64,000 nucleotides of DNA from Ministeria vibrans ATCC 50519 (GCA_943704425.1 CALSCP010002362.1:1-64000); one strand, 5' to 3'. Counted from the first letter of the stretch, positions 1 through 13,522 are shown. Program-made: numbers and translations. The notes: generated from the sequence alone by a model not told the origin.

Positions 1-49
<49 letters not shown>

Positions 50-106
50 TCACTCACTCACTCACCCACTCACTCACTCACTCACACACACACACACACG
101 CACGCA
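1..106. repeat. (CA)n/(CACT)n microsatellite, probably intronic
   Basis: Visible dinucleotide and tetranucleotide run upstream of a putative acceptor AG at 157-158. Confidence 0.95.
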
Positions 107-158
107 TCAACAATTAATGATGTTTTTTTTTCTGGAATGATGCCATTGCGTTGCATAG

Positions 159-277
159 TGAACATTCAGCAGAAGCAAGTGCCCTCGTCCGTGTTTGGAG
201 GTATTGCTGTGCCCGCTGCTGGTGAAGAACCCGCTCCTACCGGTGCAAAGGCACTTTTTGCACAGCGCAAGAAATAA
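159..277 (+). CDS. Probable terminal exon of a gene starting before the window (...NIQQKQVPSSVFGGIAVPAAGEEPAPTGAKALFAQRKK*)
   Basis: ttgcatag acceptor, open frame to TAA 275-277, then AT-rich sequence convergent with the RTK 3' end. Confidence 0.55.
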
Positions 278-388
278 ACAAACGGAGTTATTAAAAGAAT
301 AAAAACGTTATTACAATTCTTCTTCTTCAATAAGTTAATGAGTTGCAAAAAAAATGGAATCAATGTTATATTGTAAATTACACATCTC

Positions 389-1264
389 TCAAATGAGAGA
401 CGACGTGAGCTCCTCCAGCTCAGTGGCGACGTTGCGCAGAGTCGCACCATGCTCCAGCTGGTTCTGTAGCATGCACCGCAGCGTATCGCACAGTGCAGCA
501 AACGTCGGTCGATGCCGCGCGTCCATGTGCCAGCAGCGCTTCATCAACGTGTACATCTTGAATGGTATCACAAAAATGAGTGGTATATTATTATTTTTTT
601 TAAAAAAAAACACTGTGATACGTACCTCGTCGGGGCAGCCTCGCGGACAGGCAAGTCGTCTGCCGTTGCGCAGGTGCTCGGCAATTGCGTGCGCTTGCAC
701 TCCTCGGAATGGCTTCACCGTACCAAACGTCATAAGCTCCCACAGTACCACACCGAAGCTCCACACATCCGATTTCGACGAAAACTAATAGAGAACAATA
801 CATGAGTCACTCTTTCTTTTTCCGTGTGTGTCTGTCTTCTTTTCTTTTTTCTTCACACCTTCCGGAACTCGAGCGACTCGACGGCCATCCAGCGAACGGG
901 GAGCTTGCCCTTGGTCTGCACATGGTAGTAGTCATCGCTGGAGGCAAGGCGGCGCGACAGACCAAAGTCGGCAATTTTAATAACACTGTCGTGTCCCACG
1001 AGACAGTTGCGCGCGGCCACGTCGCGGTGTACAAAGCTACGGCGTGTCAGGTAATCAAGACCCGTTGCAATGTGCAAACCCATTTGAATTTGCTCGGCAA
1101 ACGTCATGTTCAACGTCTCGCATGTCACGCAGAGACGCAAAAAGTTGCGGAGATCGCCATGGGGACAGTACTAGAGAAAATGAGCAAACAGGAATAAATC
1201 AGGCACGATGAAAACAAAAATAAATATATATATTGAATAATTATAAAAAATTAATTATTATTAT

Positions 1265-1312
<48 letters not shown>

Positions 1313-4300
1313 CATAATAATTCTACCTCGAGAACTATAAGCCAGGGCTGACGCTCAATGCAAACACCAAGCAGGGACACGACGTTCTCGTGATCAAAGG
1401 TGGTGAGCAGCGCTGCCTCGCTGAGGCAATCGTCTATCTCGCGCTGCGACGGCGAGTCTTTGAGCGTCTTCACTGCCACATAGCGAGTGCTGCGCTTCCC
1501 TCCCTCCGATGTCTCAGCCTTGAGCACCAGCCCGAATTCGCCACTGCCCAACTTGTCAACAAACTTGAGCCAGCTACGCGGGTAGGCGCGCTTCGCCAGA
1601 CGCTGCCTCTGCGACTCGTACAGGTCACCATAGTCGGCGTACAGTTGCGAGTCATCGTTGTCGCCTGCTGCTGCTGCCGCTGCCGCCACCGCACTGTTGT
1701 ACACTGCAAACTCTTCGTCGTCGTCGTCGTGCGCCCCGTCCGAACGAAACGGGTTCTTGGGCCGTCGCGTTGTAGCACGCATGCGTCGCATAGACTGGTA
1801 AATGTTCTCACCGCGACGTAGACGCTGCTCGTAACCGTCGTAGTCGTCGCCAATCTCGTTGTAGGTGACGACCTCCTCTGGACGTCGGGCCGACGCTGTG
1901 GCCTGTCCACTGGGCGCCGGTCGCGCCAGTTCGCCGTAGACGTCGTCGCGAGGAACGCTCGCTATAGCCGAGTATGAGTTGACATAGTTCGCACTGTCGT
2001 CCGGCAACTGCATCGTCGAGTACACATTCAAGTATTTGGGTTCGTCCGTGCGTCGCTCGGTGACGGGTCCCTCCGCGTACATGTACTCCTCGAGCACGGG
2101 CGGAGGTGCGCTCTCCTGCTGCTGCGCACGACTCTGCTGATACGCAGCCTGCGACGACGAGGCCGATCGCTGCTGCTGCTGCTGATGCTGCTGCTGCTGA
2201 AAGGTACCATACGCGGCGCTGCTTGTATCGCTGCTTACCCCACCAAAGGCAGACACTCCCGTCGTCGCATACGGCTCAAGGAACCGTTCGCAAATTTCGT
2301 CGGGCACCACCTGGCTATACTCGCTCTCGGGTTTGGCATTGCTGTAGACCATATCAAGATCAGTGGTAGCCGCCGCCAAGTTCTCTTTAGTGGGCGCCCC
2401 AACGGCGGGCTCACGCAACTCGTTGTTGGCGTAGGGTGTGCTGTTGTTGGCATAGGCGGACGCAGTGGGCATTGTCTGGTCCTTGAGCTGTCCGTCGAGG
2501 TTGCGTTGAATTGACGTGTAGTGCGTCACATCACTACCATTGCGACGAGCTGACGGATCGTCGACGCCATAGAGCGCACGCAAGTCGTCCAGTGTTGCTG
2601 GCTGTTCGTCGAAGACGGCAAAAATGCCGTCGTCGGCGTCGGTCACGTAGTACTCGGGTGTCGCCTTGATAGGCAGTGCCGTGAGCAGGCCATTGGCAGC
2701 CGTTGTGTCGGGTTGGGCGCTGTATTGAAAGGACGATGAGCCGTCGGTTTCGCCCATCGAGCGGTGTCCAAGGGAGATGGACGACTTGCGACCATACGAG
2801 CCAAACTTGCCGTTGGGCGGCTGTGATTTCGATGCGGGCACGACGACCGCATCGTCGTCAAAGTCGTCCTCGTCCACGTTACGTCGCGCAACAAATTTGA
2901 GCATACCGGGTGCGTCAGCCTCACCCTCGCTGACGCGTGACTCCGAAAGGTTATCTAGAACAAACCCTTCGGAAATGTTCGAGTCGCCACGCGAGAGATT
3001 CAGTTGAGCATGCGAGCCGTGTGACATGAGTGACTTCTCTGAGCGCTGACGACGGCGACGACGCCACAAAACAAACATGATAACGGCGGCAAGGGCAAAG
3101 ACACAGATAACGGCGGCCGCGACCACGGCAATGTTGCTTGAGCCGGCCGCCCTTTGGGCGCCGCCCGAGCTGCCGAGGATAACAGGCGGCGTAGGATTGG
3201 GTGCATTGGCAAAGGGTCCGACGTCGGAAAAGTGGCTCATGTAGCCCGACATGGTGTACTCATTGAGGTTGATCTCGAGCTCGGTCACATCCGACCAGCT
3301 ACCGTCGCTGCCCTGGTACAGGATATTCATGTCGCGGAGTGTCTCGCCGGAGAAAGCACTCTCATCGAGCGTGAATGTGACCTTGATGGGCACAAGCCAG
3401 GTGCGTGGTGACGGCTGCAGGCGATACATGTTGCCCACGGTGGTGGCGTTGGAAAACGCCGTCGGCGCACTCACCTGGCACGATGCGGGGAAGTCAGCAA
3501 TGCTGAACACCTGGGGAGTCGCGTAGTAGTTAGGGGGCACTTCGAGAAGCAGACCAAACGTTTCGACCACGCCGCCTGTGCTGGGCAAAATAACAGCCTG
3601 CGACACTGCCGAAGAATCACAGATGGAAATGCAGCCGGGAGAGGCAAGCGGCGGTAGCGACGACTCGAACTGGCCATTGGAGGTGCACGTCATCGTAAAC
3701 GAGCGGTCGCCCGTCGAGCTTCCCGTGTTGGAGTAGCCACTGTCGCATGTGTAGGTGACCACATCGTCAAGGGTAAGCGTCGAACCGGACGCCGTCGACG
3801 ACGTGACGGTGTGTGCGTAGGTAGGTGGAATGCCACACGAAATGGGTGAGCATGCTGCAGTAGGTGATGAGAAGGTTCCATCCGATTGGCACGTAATAGA
3901 CAGCGACCGTGCTTCGACTGTCTGGCCGCCATCCGTGGTGTAACCAGACTGACAGGAAAAGACCACGGTGTCATTGAACTGGAAAAAGCGATCGGGCGTC
4001 ACCTGACCAGTAAAGGCGGGCACAAACGAGGCGGCAGGTCCACAGCTGACAATAGTACAAAGGGACGAGCGATCTGCAGGCACCCAAGTGCCTTGTGCCG
4101 TGCACGATACGTTGACGGTCGCTGGAGAGTAGCCGACATCGCAGGCGTAGTCAAGCACATCGGGATACTGGCGCGTGCTCGGCGACGATGCCATGAGACT
4201 GGCATGGGCCACGGTGGGTGCCTTTGAAGGACAGAAGAGGGGTACGCAGGCGGATGAAGGTGTTGAAAAGGTGCCTGACTCGAGACAGTCGATGGTGAAG

Positions 4301-7300
4301 GAAGTTACGAGACGCGTGTAGCCCGTGGCACACTCTACGTTGACCGAGTCGCCCGAGGAGAACACGGTAGGGGTGGTCTGGCCAGCGGACACGAAAGAGT
4401 GAGCGGGTAGAACAAGTGCACCACACTCAACGGGAGAACACGCACCAGAAATGACAAACTCTGACGAATCAGAACATGCTACAGTGACAATTGTGTTCGT
4501 TGAGGATCCATTGACACCAAAATGCTGAGAGCAAGTCCACTGCAGCATAGGCTCAGAGTAGCTCAGAGACACAGGTATCGCGCCGGTAGGTGTCGCGTTA
4601 GGCACGACAGGCGGTGTTCCGCACGAGACCGGGGTGCATGCTGAGGCACTAGGCGACGAAAACGCCCCGTCCGCGCCACACACTGTCGTGATGTTCCCCT
4701 CGTACCCACTTTCACACGTNNNNNNNNNNNNNNNNNNNNNNNNNNNNNNNNNNNNNNNNNNNNNNNNNNNNNNNNNNNNNNNNNNNNNNNNNNNNNNNNN
4801 NNNNNNNNNNNNNNCGACGGCGGTGTTCCGCACGAGACCGGGGTGCATGCTGAGGCACTAGGCGACGAAAACGCCCCGTCCGCGCCACACACTGTCGTGA
4901 TGTTCCCCTCGTACCCACTTTCACACGTGTACGTAAGCACATCCCCGTACACGGGCCCGTTCAGCGTCACCGACGCATGACCCACCACGGGAGCCGCAGA
5001 CACACACTCCACACGTGTGCACGGTCGTGCCGACGGTACAAATACAGCAGAGCTGTTGCATGCCAGTGTCTGCGACACAAGCGTCGGTGTGTTCGCTTCC
5101 AGTGCAAATCCCGTGTCGCACACACACGTCGACGATACTGTGGTCACACCCGCACTCGGCGCCGCACAGTCGCTGTTTGCAATTGTCGGCGGCGCACACT
5201 CCACTGCGGCGCACTGTGCGGCGGGCGTCGCAAACGACTTGGACGCAAGACATTGCAGTGTGTACGACGTCGGACCGTCGGGCACAGCACCAACAGTTAA
5301 ACCTGCGTCACACGCAAATGAGGCAGACATGGGATACCTGATCGGCAACACACTGGACAACGTTGCCGTGTCAAACGCCGGCGCAGTCTCGCACTTGACC
5401 GCATCGCACGTCCACGCACCAAGGGCCGTCCAAGACGCCGACGACGCGTCGCCACGAACACACTCAATCACATGCGACTCATGCGCATCCGATGCCACAT
5501 AGCCTGCATCGCATGTATAGTTGCAGCGTGTGCCCGTGCTTGCATTCGATTCGCATGTGTGCGACGCATTGGCCGGCGCCACAGGCGCCGCACCACAGAG
5601 TGTCGATTCACACGCCAGCAGTGGACCGACCAATCCGTCAGCCCCACAGCTCGCACTAAACGCACTCTGGTCAGTTGATGCGCCCACCCCAAAGTCTGTC
5701 TCGCACGTGTACAGCACACCGTCACCGTAGTGCAACACGCCATTCGATGTGTTCGTCGTTGCCGACACGACGACAGGAGCGATGCCACACGACACGATGT
5801 TACAGCTCCCCGACAACACAATCTGCCCCGATGCATCACACGTGCCCGTCACAATGACCATCGAGGTCGATGTGTTGCCCACGGAGTACCCTGTCTCACA
5901 CGTCCACACAAACGCAGGCGCGTCAAACACTAGAGTCGCGGCAGTGGAAGTCGCACTCGCGTGCGGAAGCGACGGCGGTGTTCCGCACGAGACCGGGGTG
6001 CATGCTGAGGCACTAGGCGACGAAAACGCCCCGTCCGCGCCACACACTGTCGTGATGTTCCCCTCGTACCCACTTTCACACGTGTACGTAAGCACATCCC
6101 CGTACACGGGCCCGTTCAGCGTCACCGACGCATGACCCACCACGGGAGCCGCAGACACACACTCCACACGTGTGCACGGTCGTGCCGACGGTACAAATAC
6201 AGCAGAGCTGTTGCATGCCAGTGTCTGCGACACAAGCGTCGGTGTGTTCGCTTCCAGTGCAAATCCCGTGTCGCACACACACGTCGACGATACTGTGGTT
6301 ACACCCGCACTTGGCGCCGCACAGTCGCTGTTTGCAATTGTCGGCGGCGCACACTCCACTGCGGCGCACTGTGCGGCGGGCGTCGCAAACGACTTGGACG
6401 CAAGACATTGCAGTGTGTACGACGTCGGACCGTCGGGCACAGCACCAACAGTTAAACCTGCGTCACACGCAAATGAGGCAGACATGGGATACCTGATCGG
6501 CAACACACTGGACAACGTTGCCGTGTCAAACGCCGGCGCAGTCTCGCACTTGACCGCATCGCACGTCCACACACCAAGGGCCGTCCAGGTGGAAGACACA
6601 CAATTGGTGAACGTATTGTTGTTGGAAGCTCCATCGGACAACTCATATCCGGGGTCACAAGTGTAGCCACAGGAAAGAGCCGAAGTGTCGCAGGAAACGG
6701 ACGCGTGCAGCGGCGGCGTTGGAGCTGGGCCACAAAAACGAGAATCGCATGAGGAAAGCGGGGAAAATGAGCCGTCCAGCTGACAGGTGGCGTTGAACGC
6801 GTTCACAGTGGACGAACCACCTACTCCATAGTTGTCGAGGCATGTGTAACGCACGGTTTCACCAAAAAAAACATCCGACATGATGTCGTGCGTGGTCGAG
6901 CTAACGGCGGGAGGGGCACCACAGTTAATGCGAGTACATGGGACAATGGGAGGGACCAGTGACCCTGACATGTCGCACGAGTATGCCTGATTTGTTGTGG
7001 CGTTGCCTGCCAGGCCATAGCCTGTCTGACAGGTACACGTCGCCGAGGCAACCAGTGTGCTTGAAACGCCACAGTCACTGAAAGCGATTGTAGGCGCAGC
7101 ACACAAGACAGGGGCACAGGTGGGTGCTGTGGAGGCGAACTGACCATCTGACTGGCACGGGAGATCGTAAGACATCTCTCCGTTCGGTTCGCCGTTGATC
7201 GTGCTACCTGCATTGCAGGTAAGCTGGAGACTCGACGGGTAAGGAACGGGCAAAGTCGCGTGCGTGGAGGGCGATAGAGTTGCAAAAGTAGGGGGCGAGA

Positions 7301-9235
7301 CGCATTGAATAGGATCACAGGTCCAATCAACGGGCAACGCATCCCATGTCGCCGAAGTGCAGGAGACGGTGTACGAAGTCACATTGGAGCTAGTGTACCC
7401 TGGCAGACACGAGAAGACACAAGAGGCGTTCGAGAGCGAGCTTGTACATTGTGACTGAGAATTCTGCGGACCCACGGGGCGAGGCCCACACGCGGAACTT
7501 GTGCACACTTTGAGGGGGCCCACACGACCGTTGGCCTGGCACGACGCGGCAAATGTAGATTGACCACTCTGCCCGGTGATTTCAGTGTTCTCCGCACACG
7601 TGTACATGACTGAGTCACCAAAAAACAGTGTGTTCGACGATGCAGGGGAAGCCTGGTCGACAGTCGGCGGCGCGCCGCATTCAATGGGCAAGCAGGCGGG
7701 TAGAGGCGTGAGCAAGCCTGTGAAGCCATCGCAGCGTGCGGTGACGTTGGTGTTGGCAGGCGATCCGGCCAAACCGGTGCCAATCGCACATGAGTAGAGA
7801 ACGGATTCGCCCGCAACCAGAGCAACGGTTGATTGAGCAGCGGTGGCCAAGCCAACAGAGGCTAGAGGAATGCCGCACGAGACTGGTTCACAGCTTTGGA
7901 GAGGACCTACGGTCGCGTCGGCACGGCAACTCGCCGAGAAGGAGGGCCGCGAGATGTTACCATTGACGGCGAGTTGGGCGCCGCAAACGTACACGAGGGA
8001 ATCGCCGTAGACTAGGGAGGTCGCCTGCTGTGTACTCGTAGCGCCCGACACAATGGGCGGCATGCCACAGGGAAGAGGAACGCAGGCCGTGCTGGCAGGT
8101 GGTGCGAGTGAGCCGTCGGCAAGACAAGTGGTGCTCACCTGGGCTTGGCCGCCCACACGAGAGTGATAGCCCACTGCGCAGATGTACGTGACGACATCGT
8201 GTACGAACACCGCACTTGTTTGGTTGGTGAGGGCATTGGCCACTGTAGGGGGCGTGCCACATGTGATAGGCGTGCACGAGCGGACAGGGAGCTGACCGGC
8301 GGCACAGACGGATGTGAACGAGCGCACCGAGGGGCTGCCGTCCACACCAAAGTCGTCGCTACAAGTGTACGCCACGGTATCACCCTGGTAGAGAACGGCC
8401 GACGTGTTGGCGACCGCATTGGCAAGGGATGGCGGTGGACCACAGAGGACGGGCACGCAGGGAGACGACGTTGTCAGGGCGAACTGGCCCGAAATTAGAC
8501 AGGGTAGGTGGAAGGTGCGCACATCCGGTGTGGACACAGACAGTGCATACCCCGTTTGGCAGACATACGTTGCGTTTTCGCCAAAGATGACGTTGCGAGA
8601 GGGAGCGGAGGCGACGGCATGACTGACGGAGGGTGGTGCGCCACACGAAGCAACTGGGAAAGGCGATGAGTGTCGTGAATCGGAGGGGAGGGGGACATAT
8701 TCGGTACATAAATAGGCTCTTACCAGTGTCGCACGAGGTGGTTTTGTTGGAGAAGGAGAGAGAGCCACCCTGAAACGGAATCAACACCAATTAGTATTCC
8801 TTTGTGGGTTTTTCGTTGCGCTCGTTCGTACAGGCTTGAGCGCCACGCTGGCGGAAAGTCCAAGGGAGAGAGTCAACGCTGTAGCAGAATCAGAGATGAC
8901 TTGGACTGTCACAGCAATCGGGGTCGCCTGTAGCGCAGTCGGTTGTGAGCGAGAGAAAGACAAAAAAAAAAAGCGTTTAGTGGTTTTCATACCGTTGAAA
9001 TGTGAGCGAAATCACCCGGACACGGGGTTGCTCCACGTTCCCAGTCCACTGTAGTGTTCCACAGTCCCGCCTACAGAGGAGAAACAGGGGAGAGAAGGAG
9101 TTATTTAGGAGAGAGAGAAGAGATGGTGTGTGGAGAGAGAGCGACCTCGTTGGGTCCAATCCAGTCGACGGTGACGGTGGACACCACAGCAACCAACGAG
9201 GTGACTAGTGCTAATAATAGAAGACACTTGGTCAT
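389..9235 (-). CDS. Giant receptor tyrosine kinase: signal peptide, amnionless-like N-module, >20 Sushi/CCP repeats, ZU5-like domain (HFS), one TM helix, Tyr-rich juxtamembrane region, TK domain; multi-exon, N gap at 4720-4814
   Basis: Exon 1 9235-9146 MTKCLLLLALVTSLVAVVSTVTVDWIGPNE; exon 2 9070-8993; repeated CG.PP...Y.C..GY...C..DG.FS...C modules; TM IAVVAAAVICVFALAAVIMFVLW-RRRRR; kinase motifs GSGEFG, VAVK, HRDVAARN, DFG, LPVRWMAVE, SDVWSFGV; stop 389-391. Confidence 0.92.
4611..6586. repeat. Near-identical intragenic tandem duplication of Sushi blocks, period 1155 bp (385 aa)
   Basis: 4815-~5430 matches 5970-~6585 with a few substitutions; 4611-4719 matches again on the other side of the N gap. 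Confidence 0.9.
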
Positions 9236-9373
9236 TTCAACAAGGAAACAACAGTGATTTGATTATTCTTTATTCTTTAGATCTTTAGGTAAACCACCGA
9301 AACCACTCATAGTTAAATACTTTTCTTTCGAACTTTATAATCCCTTAAGCCCCCTAATACGCACATCTACGCC

Positions 9374-9886
9374 ATGGACCCGCTGGGAGCGAACGCGGGA
9401 GCTCGGGTTGCAACATTTGAGGAGGAAATCGCAGCGACTGATAAAGTGCTCGCCAGCGAACGGGCACAACAGCTAGCGGTGCTCAACTACCTTGTACACC
9501 ACTCGTATGGGGAGACAGCCAGATTGCTTGTGGCCGCATGCAAGAAACACAACGGAGTGTTTGCAACAGCGGACGAAACCGACTCGAAAAGTGTCAAATC
9601 GCGAATGGACATTGCGCTTGCGGATGATCCCGACGGCGCAGCGGACCTGCGCCAGCGCGAAGAAGTTGCAAAGAAAAGAAAAGAGAAGGAGGCGGCAATG
9701 GGAGACCGGTGTCTCAAAGCACTGGCGACTGTCGACGAAAGGAGACGTAACAAAAAAATGGGCATTGGTGTCGAGAAGGATCTCGTCAAGGCCTTTGACC
9801 TCTACTTGTACAAGAAGAAAATACTAATNNNNNNNNNTCTCTCTCTCTCTCTATCACTTTGTTTCTTTCTCCCTCCCTCCCTCCTT

Positions 9887-9941
<55 letters not shown>

Positions 9942-10548
9942 CTATCTCTATCTCTCTCTTTCTATCTATCTCTCTGTGTTGTCGTGTACAGAAATTCGCG
10001 ACTGCATCTTGTCAGGCGACGTTGACCAGGCCATCTCGGTGTGCCAGGAACACTTTCCAATGATTCTGGAGGCGGACGAAGGCGAGCTGCACTTTCACCT
10101 GTGTGCGCTCAAGTTCATTCAGTTTGTTGTTGCGAGCGAAACGCGCCTTGCCATTGACTTTGCACGCGACCATCTTGCACAGTATGTGACCTGTGCCTTT
10201 AGCGATCGCGTTGAGGAAGTGGTAGCATTGCTGGCGTACCCTGAGCCGGCGTCGTCGCCGCTGGCCAACCTGGTGCAGCCATCATTCCGCGACAATGTCA
10301 TTGCACGCGTGAACGCCGCCATTCTGCGCAGTGTCGATGCACCTGCGCGTTCTTCTCTCGAGACGATTGTACGACACACAGCTGTGCTGCAGGACATGGT
10401 GGTGGGTGGCGACGAGCGGTGGACCCTCGCACGGTTCCTGCAAACGAAAAGGACGGTCGCAACAGTATCAGAGCCGATGGACTTGGATGATGTGAGTGGC
10501 GACGACGATGGCGACGACGACTGCAGCCACAAACTGATCCATATGTAA
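9374..10548 (+). CDS. LisH-CTLH-CRA protein (RanBP9/10 or GID8-like CTLH-complex subunit, no SPRY domain); 2 exons
   Basis: LisH-like VLNYLVHHSYGETARLL; CTLH EIRDCILSGDVDQAI...LHFHLCALKFIQ; CRA VEEVVALLAYPEPASSPL...VNAAIL. Confidence 0.85.
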
Positions 10549-10681
10549 CAAATGAAAATGAAACAAAATTGATCATTATTGAAAATTATTATACTTGATT
10601 CAACAATGGAAATGTCTTCTTTCTTAATTCTTTCTATTCTTTCTAAATTTTAAATTTTTAATTCCTATTAGTTATTATTTC

Positions 10682-13130
10682 ATGTCTGACCGATTGTCAA
10701 ACCCGCTGGCTCCTCCAGGGGCGGGCGTGGTCGAGGCACCGCGACCCAAAAACAATGCGGATTTTCGAAAATTGATGATGACGCCTCGTCATGTCGCTGG
10801 CGTCGCGTCTCTGCCGACCCTGGGCGCACGACGAGCTGTCACGAGCGGCAAACGGGTGGCTTTGAGCGACGATGAGGAGGGTGACGGTGACGAGAGCCGA
10901 TCGTCGGAGCAGCAGCAGCAGCAGCGGCAGCAGAAGCGGAAGCCCAAGAAGAAGCGTCGGCAAGAGGAGGAGGAGGATGAAAGCGAAGCGTCCAACACCC
11001 TGTACGCCCGCCATACCACATACCACATGCCCCCTTGCCTTTTCTTCTCAACGTGTCAACGTGTCTGTACTCAATTTCTCCGTATGTGTGTGTGTCTCTT
11101 GTCTCTCTTCTCTCTCTCTGACTGTTTCAAGGTATCGTGATCGTGCGAAAGAACGGCGCGACAATGCGAATCCCGACTATGAAGAGAGCGAAGCACTTCT
11201 TGCAGCCATGCAGGCGACGGAGGGAGCCACGTCGGCACCTGTGCTTGCGCCGATGGACATGGACGAGGATAAGAGCGCGGCCGTCGTCGACGAGAGCAAG
11301 TATCTTGGCGGTGACATGGAGCACACGCATCTCGTCAAGGGTCTGGACTACACGCTGCTGGAGCGGACGCGGGCGCAACTCGAGCGAGAGAAACGCGAAG
11401 CAGAACAGATGGAATTTGATGCAGAGCAGGCAAGTCTGTCGGGACAGCACAACATGGCAGATGCGGCGGCAGCAGCAGCGCGCCTTGTCACTGGAGGTGG
11501 GCGTGGTGCTGGTGGCGCTGAGAGCACCATCCAGAATAAAGTTGCCAAGGGCGTCTACGAGCAATTGTTTCGCCGTCGACTGCCCGAGCGCAACGAACTG
11601 TTTATGCCCGGTCGAATGGCGTTCAACTTCGAACTGGCGAGTGCTGCGGGTGCGCCTCCGTCGTCGTCTGCACACTCTTCCGACGTCGTCACGAGCGTGA
11701 TCCGCTCGCGTGTTGATGTGCCTACCACAACAGCTGGCCAGACGCCGGGTGCCGGTGGTATTTCGTCCACCAACGACATTGTCATCAAGAAGCTCGTGCA
11801 GATTCTGGCGGGACTGCGGCAGGGGTCGCGTAAGACGAAGAAGCAACGCCGACTTGAGGCGGAGGCGAAACTGCGGGCCATTGAGAAGGAGGCAGAAGCG
11901 AAGCGCGCTGCGGAATTGGCAGAGGAGGCCAAGAAGATGGGAAAGGATGCGCTGATGACGAGTATTTACGACGAGGAGGAGCTTGCGCCCATGGGCAGTT
12001 CATCGACGACAACAACGACTGTAACGACTGTGGCGAGTGAGAGTGGGGCGTCGAACAAACCACAGCTGGTGTATGAAAAGAAGAGGGGCAACGACGGAGG
12101 TGAGGAAGAAGACCTTTATGGTGAGTTGGGTGTGACACACCAAGGCGAAGAGGAAGGGCCTGCACGACCACCCATGGACTACGAGATGGCCATGATGGGC
12201 GACGAAGAGGAAGGACCCGCGCGACCTCCAATGGGACATGTGATGTACGACGAGGAGGCGGGACCTGCACGGCCGCCGGCAGAGTATGGGTTGGATGATG
12301 AGGAGGCCGGGCCTGCACGGCCGCCAGCAGAGTATGGGTTGGACGAGGAGGAGGCAGGGCCTGCACGGCCGCCGGCAGAGTATGGGTTGGACGACGAGGA
12401 GGCAGGGCCTGCACGGCCGCCAGCAGAGTATGGGTTGGACGACGAGGAGGCAGGACCTGCGCGTCCAACGACGCACTTTGATGAGATGTATGGAAGTTTG
12501 GATGCGGATGCTGTCGTTGCATCGGCGTGGAGCATTGCGGCGGGTGCAGGAGAGGAGAAGCGAGCGAAGAAGCACAAGTACTTTGATGATGATGATGATG
12601 ATGTTGATGATGTTGGTGGTGGTGGTGGTGGTGCGGGTACCGGTATCACTACCAAGGGACTGAGTGCTGCGCAAATCGCTGCGCCGTTTCGAGCTGCGGT
12701 TGCTATGGCAACGGCATTGGGTGGTGACGATGATGGAGACGATGGAATTGATCATTCGCAGTCGACTCATCGACGCAAACGGACGGAGAAGCAGAAGAAG
12801 GTGACGTTGATCGGGGGTACGGATGGACATGTGGATGACTACGCGGAGTATTTTGGGATGGAGGATGATGTGGTGCTGGCGCAGGGGAGTGATGATGACG
12901 ATGATGATGAGCAGGAGGAGGATCAGGTACGCATGATTGACCGTCTCTGTGTTCTCAAAACATGATTGTGTGTGTGGTTCTTCTTCTTAGGATGTCTCGG
13001 AGGGAACTACACGCAATCAAAAGGCAAAGAAGTCTCGCTTGGATTTTGACACGACCGAAGAGTGGGAGGCCTATCAGGCGACGCGCGAAGCCACGCCCAA
13101 GTACATTTCAAACATATAATTCTATAATTA

Positions 13131-13213
<83 letters not shown>

Positions 13214-13475
13214 TTTCTCTATCACTTTTTTTTGCTTTTTCTATCACTTTTTTGCTTTTTCTAACACTTTGTTTCTTTTCTCTATCTCTCTCGCCGTTTC
13301 CTTTCTCTGGTGTAGAGTCGCGTATCAGTTTGGGAAAAAGGTCGGAGACGGACGCAAGACACGGCGGTCGGGCAAGGGTGGCGGCGGAGGAGGCGAGAAG
13401 CAGAAGATTAACCAGGAGTTGCAGAAGATTCAGAAGATATGGAGTCAAAAGGGTGACAAGAAGGAGAAAAAGTAA
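10682..13475 (+). CDS. IK: Spliceosomal protein RED/IK; about 4 exons
   Basis: NADFRKLMMTPR, YRDRAKERR, ESKYLGGDMEHTHLVKGLDY, ERNELFMPGRMA, AYQFGKKVGDGRKTRR. Confidence 0.93.
12147..12470 (+). repeat. Coding minisatellite in IK, 48-nt unit (GPARPPAEYGLDDEEA), four exact-length units plus degenerate flanking copies
   Basis: Repeated gggcctgcacggccgccagcagagtatgggttgga. Confidence 0.95.
13136..13211. repeat. (CA)n microsatellite in an IK intron
   Basis: Visible run. Confidence 0.95.
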
Positions 13476-13522
13476 TGTTTTTGTTACATAATATTGAAAT
13501 ACACTACATTATACATTCTACG

